A DNA stretch of 64,000 nt from Savitreella phatthalungensis (Eukaryota). Shown in pieces: positions 40,963 to 53,238 of the stretch. The stretch is from NCBI GenBank assembly GCA_051599415.1, contig AP039692.1, positions 1-64,000 of the forward strand, written 5' to 3'. The notes under the pieces are model-generated. The model did not search any database, had not been told where the DNA came from, and worked only from the letters and a program-made list of their open reading frames with translations. Position 1 is the stretch's first letter, and every line of letters begins with the position of its first letter. Both the position numbers and the translations under genes were made by a program.

Positions 40963-42372
40963 CTAGCCAGTATTGCGCAGCTCTGGAGGGATATATTCAA
41001 GACCTAGTTTGCCGAAGAGACTTTTTTCGAGCTCGACAATTGACACGCCTGGTCGCCAAAGGAGATCATCCAGGACTACGCGTCTTTTGTCTGTCTGGTG
41101 GACAATGCCCGTCGAATCGAATTGCCATGACTTCTTAACCGATACGAAGCGACGCAGGTCGCGCTCGAATGTCGTTGCCCCACTCCAGCCCAGAACACAT
41201 ATGGCGTAGGTTGCTGGAGGACAGACGATGATGTCGAGTCGCCGTCGGACACCTTTGAAGAGGATGACCGTCAGGGCGACTGACATGCCGCCGCCCGCAT
41301 CCTGTATCTTTGAGCCATCACGTTCATGAGCGCTACGAATGACTGTGTCGACGAGACCTGTATCCTCCAGTCGCTGGAGTAACGGATCGAGCATTGTGTC
41401 TAAGCCGAACCGGTTTGTGGATGTTAGAACCACGTCGACATCGCCGCTGTCGATTTTGCCACGCCTATAGCCGCCACAGATCGTGAGGTCGACAGGATCC
41501 GGGCTGGCCAGCTCCTGAGCAGCGATTCGCACCATTTCGGCGATTTCTTCGACATCTGCTCGCGGAATCTTCCGGCAGAAGTCATCGTAGTGCTTGACCC
41601 CGACTTGTACTGCACGAGGTAGTGTATCCCAGTCTCGAACTGCATCGTTGATATGTCTGTAGCCTCGTTCGAAATACCATGTCCGAGCCATGACAGCGCC
41701 GACACCGTGACAATTCCAGAACATCTCGAGAGTCTGCATCTCCTCTGTAGACCATATCTCTCGCACTTCGGAGATGTCGCCCGTCGCAAGGAATTCTTTT
41801 GTTAAGTTGACGACCTTCCGTCCGCATCCTTGCAAGGCGAGAACCTCGTTCGCCGATTGGATGACATCAGGATACGCGCGAAGAGAGGCCAGAGTGGAAG
41901 AATAGGCGCGTTCGCCGACAAAGTCGCCTTGCAAAGTTCGAGCAAGACGAAGACGCTCGATCAGTCCACAGAGCTTCTCATTGGCAGCCACGAGCGGTGT
42001 TTCCCTCTCGCACGCATACTTAGCATTCCGGGGAGCCGCGGTCAGGTCTTCCGATGGTTCATGCGGCACAGCTGGCGTCCTCGCAACCCGCGTTCCTGCA
42101 AATTGCAGCCATGCACGAGCCCTAGCAAGTTCGAATGTTCCACCGCGACACATGTCTAGGAAATCCGCTGTCCGGATGACCGTCACTCCGGCGGCACCGG
42201 CCATCCGTAATTCTCGCTCGAGGCGGACGCGTTGCGTCAAGCTGGTCACGACCAGGTCGGCGTGCGCTACATCGACGACCTGTTCAACATCTCGAGATTG
42301 TGCAAGGACTTCCTCGACCTCACGTAACCTCTCCGGACCATATCTCAAGGGCAAAACCCACACGCGCGTCAT
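40963..42372 (-). CDS. POL4: X-family DNA polymerase Pol4 (pol mu/lambda-like) with N-terminal BRCT
   Basis: KYACERETPL, lyase/HhH region, CGGYRRGKIDSGDVDVVL, RRLDII, LGWSGATTFERDLRR and LEYIPPELRNTG. Confidence 0.94.
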   Translation of the reverse strand: MTRVWVLPLRYGPERLREVEEVLAQSRDVEQVVDVAHADLVVTSLTQRVRLERELRMAGAAGVTVIRTADFLDMCRGGTFELARARAWLQFAGTRVARTPAVPHEPSEDLTAAPRNAKYACERETPLVAANEKLCGLIERLRLARTLQGDFVGERAYSSTLASLRAYPDVIQSANEVLALQGCGRKVVNLTKEFLATGDISEVREIWSTEEMQTLEMFWNCHGVGAVMARTWYFERGYRHINDAVRDWDTLPRAVQVGVKHYDDFCRKIPRADVEEIAEMVRIAAQELASPDPVDLTICGGYRRGKIDSGDVDVVLTSTNRFGLDTMLDPLLQRLEDTGLVDTVIRSAHERDGSKIQDAGGGMSVALTVILFKGVRRRLDIIVCPPATYAICVLGWSGATTFERDLRRFVSVKKSWQFDSTGIVHQTDKRRVVLDDLLWRPGVSIVELEKSLFGKLGLEYIPPELRNTG

Positions 42373-42397
42373 CGCATCTTAATTGCTTGATCGATCA

Positions 42398-43099
42398 TTA
42401 AAGGATTGTACACTTGGGCTTCTTAGACTGCTATCAAGGAAAATCAAAGTTAGTTGCGCGTGTGCCGAGAGAATGAGAAAAGAATTGAACTCACCTTCTT
42501 CGTTACAGGCGGCTCGAGGGCAGCCACAATAGCTTCGTCAAATACGTTCTTCAGGCCCTTCTGGGTGAGCGCGGAGCATTCGACGTACTTGACAGCACCA
42601 AGCTCTCTTGCCAGCCGTTCGCCTTGCTCCTGTGTAATCGGTCTCTGCCTTTGCCGTGCTAGTTTCTCAAACACAGCAGGATCCTCGCGCAGATCACATT
42701 GCGTGCCAACGATGAGACACGGTACACCTGGACAGTGGTGACGCACCTCGTTGAACCACTTTTCTTTGACGTTTTCAAAGGATGCCGGGGAGGTGACGCT
42801 GAAGCAGACAAGGAACACGTCAGTCTGTGGATAAGACAGTGGACGTAGCCGATCGTAGTCCTCCTGACCAGCTGTGTCAAACAGACCGAGAGTGTATGGC
42901 TCGTCGCCAATCATCACTGTCACTGCATAGTTGTCAAAGACTGTTGGCACGTACTCCGATGGGAACTTGTTGGTCGTGTAGGAGATCAGTAGACAAGTCT
43001 TGCCAACGGCACCGTCGCCCTGGAGAAAGTTAGCTACAGATGGCCGTGGGGAGCACAAGAAGGGGACCGTACCACCACCACACACTTGATGGTCTGCAT
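42398..43099 (-). CDS. CDC42: Rho-family GTPase Cdc42; exons 43099-43073, 43019-42495, 42430(or 42427)-42398
   Basis: Spliced product reads [17 protein letters not shown]...YVPTVFDNY...[16 protein letters not shown] (CAAX). Introns are GTACGG..GCTAAC..CAG (53 nt) and GTGAGT..ACTAAC..TAG (64 nt). Confidence 0.97.
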
Positions 43100-43199
43100 C
43101 CTCTATTGCTGAGACGGACGAAGGCAAAGGCTTCTGGGAATTGTACTTTTCCTCCGACGGGGTGAATCTCTCAGAATCGATTATCTGAGAGTACGTGGG

Positions 43200-43310
43200 A
43201 GTGTGTGCGCTCGTATGCTTTCGCGCGTGCACCTGCGTATGTGTTTGTATGTGTGTGTATATATGTGTGCGTAGGCGCTGGTGAACGTGTGTTGTGTGCG
43301 TGTGTATAAA
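43200..43310. repeat. Degenerate (TG)n/(CA)n microsatellite upstream of CDC42
   Basis: GTGTGT/GTATGT-rich tract. Confidence 0.6.
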
Positions 43311-43872
43311 TGTATATCAGTGCGGGCGCGCAAATCCGTCCTTTGGCTACCACCGATGTTGCACTGTGCGGTACAGACAGAGACAGAGTAGTGTAGTGTG
43401 TTGTTTTGCGACGGGAGTGTATCGATTAAGCTGATGCAGTGCATGATCGATCGAGAGATGATCCGTCCAAGTGAAAATTTATTCCATAAATTCATAAATT
43501 CTATACTATATATATAGTATTATTGATTCTGTATATGCTGGATCCACTTTGATCGAGCAACATCACAGGTATAATTAATTAATTTGGAGATGGCAGTGTG
43601 AGTGAGCACACTATTCATGCGCGCAGTCAATGCATCGATCGTCATATACAATATCGGCTGTACTGTGGACCGTGCCATACATTCAATCAAGTTCGAATGT
43701 GAAGCAAACTGAATCGCTGAAAATGATTAATTGTGTTAATAGACCGATACCGAAATATCATATACAGTAATTGTCAATCATTTAAATCGACAAGACCATG
43801 CAAGTTGATAATTCTATAAAACCCTGATGCAACTATCACGTGAGGGTCCTCAGCAACAGGACACCAGGAACC

Positions 43873-44211
43873 ATGCACCGTAAGTCAACTGCAGCGCAAG
43901 CCGTGGAAGCTCCGAAGTCAAGCACGTCAGGAGATTTGCTGACATGTATGTGCGTCTAGTCATGTATTCTGCAGACGGCAATGGCCACCGGATCTACACG
44001 CTGAAAAAGGTGACCCCTTCAGGCGTAGTCACAAAGTCGGCACATCCCGCGCGCTTCTCACCTGACGACAAATACTCTCGTCACCGTGTAACGCTCAAGA
44101 AGCGATTCGGCTTACTTCTGACTCAGCTACGTAAGAAGAAGAGACTAAGTTGTCGGCACTCGCGATTACTGACAAATTCATGCAGCAACGGATGGCAAGC
44201 CTTGGCAGTAG
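43873..44211 (+). CDS. NOP10: H/ACA snoRNP protein Nop10; exons 43873-43879, 43960-44130, 44186-44211
   Basis: Spliced product [19 protein letters not shown]...[39 protein letters not shown]. Introns are GTAAGT..GCTGAC..TAG and GTAAGA..ACTGAC..CAG. Confidence 0.95.
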
Positions 44212-44750
44212 GCTCTCGTGATGTTCTATCTCTATATGAATGTAAATATGACAAGTCAACCAATCGCAAGCTATTCAACAGGCATGTCTGACTTGACGCT
44301 ACGCCAGAGTGTCTATGACTGTTGTTGTAATCGCCGGCATGGCTTCTATTGATCAGTCCTACTATGCTCCAGTATCCTTGATTTGAATTTTCACCGCTCT
44401 ATGTATACGACAGCTAGGTCGTGCAATGAGAGTGTCGCCGAATTTTGGACGTTCAACCTAATCTGAGGGTCTCCATCACGTGTTGAATCTTCTTGCTAGG
44501 CTGATCGATGCACGATTAATTCCATAGAATTATCCTCGATATATATCGGTCGATCTTCGAGTTCTTGTGGCACGTGCATATTATCTCCAGTTGAATCACG
44601 AAGCTTGAACTACAGACCACACATCTTTGCAATACGCCAATATCGATACGATCACGGTGCTCGTCTGTAGTACCGTGAACGTGTGCTATTTGACGTGACG
44701 GCTGGCCGGCGCCTTTGGAAGTCAGGGTAGCGGAGAGCCGCAGGCCCGGT

Positions 44751-46127
44751 ATGTCGCTAGTCGCAGAGCTGTCGCCCGCGTCGAATCACCACCACCAGCA
44801 GCAACCGCGACAACAACAACAACGACAACCACAATTGGAGCAACAGCAAGAGCGAGAGCAACAGCATACCATGATCCCGCAGCCTGGCGAAAAGCGACGA
44901 CTGGCACAATACCTTGCTCGAGATGCGCAGTACGATCAAGTCATGAGGCGCATGGAGACCTTTCAGCAAGAATGCGACAAAGCCCAGCGCAAAATCAGCT
45001 CGAGATATGTCGAAGCAAATGCCGCGCGAAAGTCTGGAGGTACATTGAACGCCGCGGCCGTCTTCGGCGTTGGATACTCAGGCTTCGGAAACGGCTGGAC
45101 ATCAGCTCCTCAAAACCCGCGGATACTGTATCCGAATGAGCGCAAGCGGCCGCGTCGCGGCGTCGCAGATATGAATCTTAGTCGTGCAGATTACCGTCGT
45201 GCCGCTCAGCAGGATGTCTCCCTCGTGCCCATCCGCATCGATCTCGAAACCGACCGTCACCAATTACGTGATACATTCGTATGGAATGCGCATGAGAAGG
45301 TCATCTCCGTCGATCACTTCGCCGAGCACTTGTGCGAAGACTATGGAGTCAGCTCACTGAAGCACGAAGTCTCACGGTCTATAAGAGAGCAGTTGGCCGA
45401 GTATCATCCGCACAAGAGACCACCAGAAGACGATGTCAGGGTCGAGACTTCCAGAGCCGTGATCGACGACGACCTCAGAATTCTTATTCACATCGACATT
45501 CTTGTCGGGTCGTCACATTTGCAAGATCGATTTGAGTGGGACCTCAATGGCGACACCTCTCCGGAGGACTTTGCCCAGATCACCACGGACGACCTCGGGC
45601 TATCAGCGGACTTTAGCACGGCTATTGCACATGCGATTCGCGAGCAATGTCAGATGTATACCAAGTCATTATTCCTCAGCGGTTACGCGTTTGACGGCCG
45701 TCCGATTAATGACTACAGCCTCCGATCACTGGTTCTTCCGCCGTTGATACATTCCGTGAGACCGCGAACACGGCTCGATGAACATGCGCCTCACGTCATG
45801 GAGCTCACGTCGGACCAGTTGGAACGAGTTGACAAAGAGCGGGAGCGTGAGGGTCGAAGAGACCGCCGTCGCAAGCGGACACACATTCCTGACCTCAAAG
45901 ATGTGCCAAAGACCGCGCGAACGCCTTTCGTGCGTGAGAATCGCGCTGCCACACCGCAGGAGGACGATGCAGTCTCAGTCGCCTCGTCAGATGATATCGA
46001 GCAGCCCTCTCTTATAGTGCGCTTGCGATTGCCAGTTCGCAGGACACCCCTGGCGGTTCCACAATTCGTCCAGTACCAATATCCGCCGCCTCCACAAGGA
46101 GGTCTGAAGCGCGACGCATGGTGGTGA
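44751..46127 (+). CDS. SNF5: SWI/SNF chromatin remodelling subunit Snf5
   Basis: N-terminal polyQ, FGVGYSGFGNG..ILYP, Rpt1 LVPIRIDLE..LRDTFVWN and Rpt2 DRFEWDL..PEDFA...TAIAHAIREQ. Confidence 0.9.
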   Translation: MSLVAELSPASNHHHQQQPRQQQQRQPQLEQQQEREQQHTMIPQPGEKRRLAQYLARDAQYDQVMRRMETFQQECDKAQRKISSRYVEANAARKSGGTLNAAAVFGVGYSGFGNGWTSAPQNPRILYPNERKRPRRGVADMNLSRADYRRAAQQDVSLVPIRIDLETDRHQLRDTFVWNAHEKVISVDHFAEHLCEDYGVSSLKHEVSRSIREQLAEYHPHKRPPEDDVRVETSRAVIDDDLRILIHIDILVGSSHLQDRFEWDLNGDTSPEDFAQITTDDLGLSADFSTAIAHAIREQCQMYTKSLFLSGYAFDGRPINDYSLRSLVLPPLIHSVRPRTRLDEHAPHVMELTSDQLERVDKEREREGRRDRRRKRTHIPDLKDVPKTARTPFVRENRAATPQEDDAVSVASSDDIEQPSLIVRLRLPVRRTPLAVPQFVQYQYPPPPQGGLKRDAWW

Positions 46128-47373
46128 TCTTGTCAGTGCTGATCTGTATCATAGTGAGTTCTTCAATTCAAGACTAAAGAGGTGCCCTACGCCTGCGTAT
46201 TTACGAATTATGTTGCCCTTCAATGACTTACAGAGCATGAGCCGCACTCGATGCTTCCGACCGGATTTGACTGAACACGACGAGGTCATGGACAGTTGAG
46301 CCCGTATATGCTGCTGTGGACATGCAGATAGACTTTGTTGCGCTCAAGCACGGTAATTCGGTCATCCGACTTTAGTGCCCAGGTTGCGGAGAGTGATCTG
46401 GAACGGGCCACGCTTTCCGTCGCGCGCATCGTCGTCATTTAGCAGATCGGACCCGACAAATCTTTACGGAGAATATAATGGGTAGAATCTGGATTGCTTC
46501 TCATGGATAGAAATCATTCCCTGGTCGATAGCACTGATCGCCAACGTGACTAGCTGTGTAAAAGGGTGCAGGCATCGACCAATCTCTTCAATGTTGAATA
46601 CACGGTCAACAGCAAGGTCGGATTGAAGACGCCCTTTTGGAATTGTAACCCAAAGGCTGTTATTGATCTCCATAGGCAGTACACTGAAGACATCGGCTAG
46701 GAGTTTGCTTGGTTCCCAAATATATCAGCAGCTGAAAACCGGGCTGGAATTATCGCTACAAGATATAGGAACCACCTCACGAGCGGATACATGGCGGTCT
46801 CGGATCTTGAAGATGTCGTGAGTCTGATTTCGTGGTTGTGTCGATGGAATTACCTATTGCGCCTGGACTTCACATTCCTACGTGTACAGAACGCGAAGCC
46901 TCTAAAGACCACCCGTACAAGCTCAAGTCGTAGACCAGAGGCAATCGTGTAGAATTAGCTGATTGAGCCAAGTCGACCGAGTTCGCAAGCTCAGGGTCGT
47001 CCAAGGACTGCTCAGCTTCTGACATTGGTGACGATGTTTCGACTGCAAGGACTGTCAGTCACGAAAATCCAAGACATTTCTCAGTCTTCAGTCAGACCTT
47101 ATCCAAGGGTAAACAGACGTGAATGGTCGCGCTGATGGTGTTCAGCGAGTAACGACACGTCACTAATTTCGTGTTCAGAACGACTAAGCAGATCATTCTT
47201 GGGCACTCCGTAAGCGTCATCAGCCCTTTGGTTACGACCTGATCAGCCTTGACAAGGTGAATCAATCACTGCACCAGCCGCATCCCATCGCACCTTTGGC
47301 GATCATGATTCACGTCGACCAACTTTCGGCCAGAGACCTTGAGGCGAATGACTGTCGCGACGGAGCATGCGAT

Positions 47374-47403
47374 CGGAGACTCATCAAACGGAGACTCATC
47401 AAA
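47374..47403 (+). repeat. Perfect 15-bp tandem duplication CGGAGACTCATCAAA x2
   Basis: Seen directly in the sequence. Confidence 0.85.
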
Positions 47404-47807
47404 GCATTCATTGCGCACTCAATGATGCGCTGAGAAATGTTCGAGTTTCAGCAGGACAGCTTGCGAGTTCGACGGTCGATTATTTCCACATGAACGCATA
47501 TCCGTATAGTAAACATTCTTATATGGACCATCCCGGGACACTCTTCACTAAACAATGCACAGGACACGACGCAAAGACCGGAATGTGATGCGCTGCACAG
47601 ATCCCTTCGGACTTGCCGCACGCGGAAGCGAAGCAGTGCCACATTACGTCTACCACATATCGATCAGATCCCTTTTTAATCTCCAATTTGAATTGTTCTT
47701 AGCCAACGAACTCTAAACGACAGCGAAAAAATCGAAAGGGTGGTCTCAGCAGCCTAGATTACCGATTTGCGGCTGCACAGAACGCGCTGGACGCTTCCGG
47801 TACGAGT

Positions 47808-48887
47808 CTATCCAAGGACTGTCGAGAAGATCGCGTTAGTCACTTGGTAGGGGCACGCTGAGGCGGAAGGCCTTCTGTCTTCTGCATAGCCACATCCCTC
47901 TGCAGCAACTGACCTGGGAATACGGATGGAGCAGCCACGATTTGCGACGCCGGAGCTGAAAGTGTTGATGTCGCCAGTCTCGTGTCTGCCTGTCAAACGA
48001 GCGTGGTTGTCAGAACCGTAGACAGCGATGTGCTCGTTGTGGCGCTTGGACAGCTTCTCGATGGCGTCGTCGATGTGCTTAATACCACCGGGCTCACGCA
48101 TCTCCTTGGTCGAGAAGTTTGTATGTGCGCCTGCGCCGTTCCAGTCTCCCTGAAGTGGCTTTGCTGCGAAGGATACAACGATGCCAAATTCCTCTGCGAT
48201 GCGAACCAGTAGGTAGCGGGCAAACCAGAGCTGATCAGCTGCATCGACACCAGTGGCCGGACCGACCTGGAACTCCCACTGAGATGGCATGACCTCGGCG
48301 TTGATACCAGAGATGGCAACGCCGGCATAAAGACAAGCCTTGTAGTGTGCCTCAATGAGGTCGCGGGCAATGACCTTGCCGGCGCCAACACCGCAGTAGT
48401 ATGGTCCCTGAGGTCCGGGGAAGCCGTTTGCAGGCCAGCCAAATGGCTTGCCGGCCTCGTCAAAGAGAGTGTATTCCTGCTCAATGCCGAACCACATCTC
48501 GTGAGCTGCGTGCTTTTCACTCACCTTTGCTGATTCATGGCGGTAGTTGTACTTGTTGGGGGTGCCATCTGCGTCCCAGCACTCGCAGAGAACGACGATG
48601 TTGTCTCCGCCTCGGATCGGGTCCTTCCAGAACTTCACAGGACGAAGGTAGACGTCAGAGTTGTCACCCGGGGCCTGTCCGGTTGAGGACCCATCGAAAT
48701 TCCATTCCCGGAGCTCTGAAACGTCCTTCGGGAGCGACGAAAGAGTCATGGTCTTGGAGCGCAACTCGGATGCTGCGTCGATCCAGACATACTCAGCCAT
48801 GACCTTGCCATTCTGGTCGAGGGCAGTGTACTTTGCCAAATTGGCAGCATACGTTGTGCGTCCGGGCATATCCTTAGGGTTGACCAT
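47808..48887 (-). CDS. GLN1: Glutamine synthetase type II
   Basis: [60 protein letters not shown] and EDRRP. Confidence 0.98.
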   Translation of the reverse strand: MVNPKDMPGRTTYAANLAKYTALDQNGKVMAEYVWIDAASELRSKTMTLSSLPKDVSELREWNFDGSSTGQAPGDNSDVYLRPVKFWKDPIRGGDNIVVLCECWDADGTPNKYNYRHESAKVSEKHAAHEMWFGIEQEYTLFDEAGKPFGWPANGFPGPQGPYYCGVGAGKVIARDLIEAHYKACLYAGVAISGINAEVMPSQWEFQVGPATGVDAADQLWFARYLLVRIAEEFGIVVSFAAKPLQGDWNGAGAHTNFSTKEMREPGGIKHIDDAIEKLSKRHNEHIAVYGSDNHARLTGRHETGDINTFSSGVANRGCSIRIPRSVAAEGCGYAEDRRPSASACPYQVTNAIFSTVLG

Positions 48888-49159
48888 GATTGTGGAAGAA
48901 TGAAGAATTTCGCAAAAGTGGACCGCCTTGTCTCTTATATCTCAAAGTGTGGTGTCGGGTGAGGAGAAACTCTCCAGAGTATGGGGGAGATTGTCAGATA
49001 AATTCCGTTTAGATTTGGGCTGGTTATAAGTTTGGCCGTGCTTAGATATCGGTTTGGTGTGAAACGCCACGCCAACTGTGCAACTTTCCTGGTATGTATG
49101 AGGATGAATATTTGGTATGAAAGCGATGTGGGAAGACCTTTCTTCCTGTATATCCCTCG

Positions 49160-49262
49160 CTCTGTCTCTCTCTGTCTCTCTCTATGTCTCTCTATGTTTC
49201 TCTCTGTCTCTCTCTGTCTCTCTGTCTCTCTTCCTGTCACTGTATCCCTCTCGCTCTCTCGT
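49160..49262. repeat. (CT)n/(CTCTGT)n microsatellite upstream of GLN1
   Basis: ~100-nt pyrimidine tract, GAGA-like on the GLN1 sense strand. Confidence 0.85.
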
Positions 49263-49740
49263 CCTACATAGAGAGTGCTATAGTGCCAGACCCGACTATC
49301 CCTAACCGCGGCTCTACTTCGGTTCAGGGCTTCTCAGACCTCCACATACATGTGAATAAATAAAAGCGGTTGATTAATTTTCACTCTCTTCCAATGGCTT
49401 GTGTCGGCAATCGACCAATGACGTCGCTCCGATTAGAATTCGTTGCCCATGTACGTTCAGTTTATATACCTAGATTCCCTTTCCTTTCCATCGTTTAATC
49501 GGCCGGTCGGATTGTTCCGCTTGATGATATCTATGGAAGGAATAAAATCTCATCCCGACCTTGATCCCGGCGCATTTCGCCGTCACATTCCGGCCCCGTA
49601 GATTAACAAGAAATTAAATATATAGTGAATTATATACTCGTTTGAATTTACAAGGTCGTGTTCATATCTCTTCTCGTGAATCCGTCGAAGCAAAGCTGCA
49701 GAGCTGCAAAGCAAAAATGTCGTGCGTTAGGAGCGTGGCT

Positions 49741-50505
49741 TTATGCAAGCACAAGAATGTCCGTGTCTGTGTCTGTGTCTGTGCCAACTGGAGGAATGTC
49801 GTCCAAGGCGGGCTCTGACATAGGAGACGCGGCCGCGCTCGTGGCATTTGACCAGATGACCGAGTCGTCGGTGGAGAGAACCATCCCGAAGCCCGCTGCT
49901 GAACGTCGCCGTCCTTGAAGTATCTTGCCAGCCATAATGAGACCCTGCTCTGTGAGCCAGGCTTTGCCGTTGAGGAGGAAGAAGAATGCGAGCTCCAAAC
50001 CGTTGAGCTGCGGGAGCGAAATGCCACCCACGATTGACCAACGTTTTTGCCGGATGATGCGATCATCGAGCACCTTGCTCGCCACAACGAGACCTGTCAG
50101 AATGAGTCTGTGGACAGTGCTTTTGCGAATGATCTTCGCGATGTGCGTATACATGACGTCGAGCGCAACGAGGTAATGCGCGAGCGCGAGAATCTTGGCA
50201 TTAGACAACGGACAGTGCGTGTGAAGGCGCTCCAGGTAGTCCCGGACACTCACGTTTGGTAACTTGACTGCTGTGAAACGGGACAGACAGACCTGAATCT
50301 GATCAAGGTGAGGTTGATCTACGCCTTCTGGCATTGATCTCGGGGAAGTGATGCCATCAGCTTCGTCAATGCGCGATTCGATGTAGTCGATGAGCATCTC
50401 AAGCAGTACATCGCTCTCCAACCTGGCATACGTCGCTAGCTCTGCGACTAGCCGCGATTTGGTCACTCCATCACCGGGCGCCGTCGCTGGATCCCCTACC
50501 GACAT
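49741..50505 (-). CDS. Pho80/Pcl-family cyclin (Pho85 partner)
   Basis: F....PNVSVRDYLERL..HCP, TVHRLILTGLVVASKVLDD and W.IVGGISL.QLNGLELAF. ATG at 50505. Confidence 0.9.
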   Translation of the reverse strand: MSVGDPATAPGDGVTKSRLVAELATYARLESDVLLEMLIDYIESRIDEADGITSPRSMPEGVDQPHLDQIQVCLSRFTAVKLPNVSVRDYLERLHTHCPLSNAKILALAHYLVALDVMYTHIAKIIRKSTVHRLILTGLVVASKVLDDRIIRQKRWSIVGGISLPQLNGLELAFFFLLNGKAWLTEQGLIMAGKILQGRRRSAAGFGMVLSTDDSVIWSNATSAAASPMSEPALDDIPPVGTDTDTDTDILVLA

Positions 50506-51086
50506 ATGCCTGTCGACGCTGACGACAATAGCTAACACTCTTTGTTGACGCAACGGATAAATTCATTCATATGCGTGAAAGCAATCGTCGATCCATTATA
50601 CGTAGGTTCGTATTACCCTGGATGCTGTCACGTGATCTCGACTCGAAATTAAATTATCGCATTATAGTCTCTTTTGTGAATTCCGTGGAATTATCGTTGA
50701 CGATCGGAGATCAACGGACTCATGCTTAATGACTTGATGTACGAAGTCCAGCATCATTGATGCGCCAGGTTCACATCATTTGGCACAGTATGGCTCGATC
50801 GACTGTCATGATACTTGAGGAGGCTCGCGCACACGGCAGTGTGGTCGTAACAGCGTTGGCTGCCAGCACAGAAGAATGTAGAAGAAAGTATGAGTGCATT
50901 CTTGTAGTCAAGTGGTCTGGATCCAGTCAATACTGATAATGGATCATAAAATTTATTGCTCCATTCGAACATTGATCGCCCAACAGAATCTTTCCATCCG
51001 TATTCCTTGTCGCAGCCAACCACCAAGCTATTTGAACAGACGCACCCACCATCCCACCAGCACACATCCATTCTAACAAAGTCATC

Positions 51087-52192
<1,106 letters not shown>

Positions 52193-52534
52193 AGCAAGAG
52201 CAAGCTTTGATCTCGTATTCTAGCCTCCTAGATCATTTGACAATCAGTTGCGAAACTCCAATAGGTGAGTGTAATTGATGCTGTGCTGCCAGCCATTTTC
52301 TCCACGCGAAGAGTGCTATCGATGTATACACAGCGAGCCAGTTGGTCGGCAGAACGACTTCATTCAGATGCCTGCTCAGAATAAAATCAAAGCCCTGGAG
52401 CTCATGTACTTGAAACTATATGACATGATTAGATACATGGAAGTGCCGCGAACGAGGAGATGCCGGTTAGACGAGACTGTTGCACTGGCATAAGGATATG
52501 TGGGACAATAGCGTACTGCGTCCCAATATGAGGC

Positions 52535-53029
52535 TCAGTACAGATCACCGAAATTGCCGATCGCCGTGATGATGAAACAGGTCGCGGTTGCAGCACCACA
52601 GATGGACGTGCGCGACATCAGTGTTTCGAAGTCACGAGAAAAGCGCTCGCCGTTGACATTAGAGATCTTTTCCGAGTCGCCGGAGGATTCCACGCGGTTG
52701 AAGAAAGGCTCGAGAATGGCGTGCGCGTATCCTGTGATCGCTAACGACCCGATTGCGGAGTACAAGAGATAAGGATGACGTCCATGCGCCGGCGACAAAT
52801 AGTATGCAGCGCCCTGTAGCACACCGGCCGCTGCAACCACAGAGCTAGACAACCGCATTAGCTTGTGTACCCGACCTCTCACGAGCTCAGCTGCACGACT
52901 CGGGGCATCCGCCAGACGATAGATAGTGGGCAGGGTAAAGGCACCGAGTGAGATAGCAAATGAAGACGCCAAACCAAGACCAACAGTCGACGTCAGCTTG
53001 AGTGCGATAAGAAGCGCAGGGGAAGTCAT
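52535..53029 (-). CDS. ATG33: Atg33/Scm4-like mitochondrial outer membrane protein
   Basis: Hydrophobic segments with AYYLSP..GRHPYLLY, VNGE and terminal IGNFGD. Confidence 0.78.
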   Translation of the reverse strand: MTSPALLIALKLTSTVGLGLASSFAISLGAFTLPTIYRLADAPSRAAELVRGRVHKLMRLSSSVVAAAGVLQGAAYYLSPAHGRHPYLLYSAIGSLAITGYAHAILEPFFNRVESSGDSEKISNVNGERFSRDFETLMSRTSICGAATATCFIITAIGNFGDLY

Positions 53030-53238
53030 GACGAAGCCTATTTTCCCGGTGACAATTTATTTCGAGATCGTTTGCACTTGTAGATCGCGAAAGGCGGATT
53101 TTCATATCTCGAAGACATACCTTGTCACCTGCGTCATCGAGCACGACCCCAGCTATAAATCGGGCAACAAGGACACAATAAAGCGTTTGTCGCGCAAGCT
53201 GGTTCGACGCTTCATAGCGCGGGCTGAGCCATAGCTAT

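Noticed and set aside
42450..43232. ORF-track 260-aa Cdc42 with odd termini
   Set aside because: It reads through two introns. The spliced model restores [10 protein letters not shown] and the CAAX box.
43944..44291. ORF-track 115-aa Nop10
   Set aside because: It includes intronic sequence at both ends. The spliced model gives a typical short Nop10.
47740..47810. Read-through PTS1 extensions for GLN1 and other enzymes (MDR reductase, GGT)
   Set aside because: The in-frame extensions I read do not show an SKL-like ending (GLN1 gives ...RKSVI*, the MDR reductase ...RKIRPP*).
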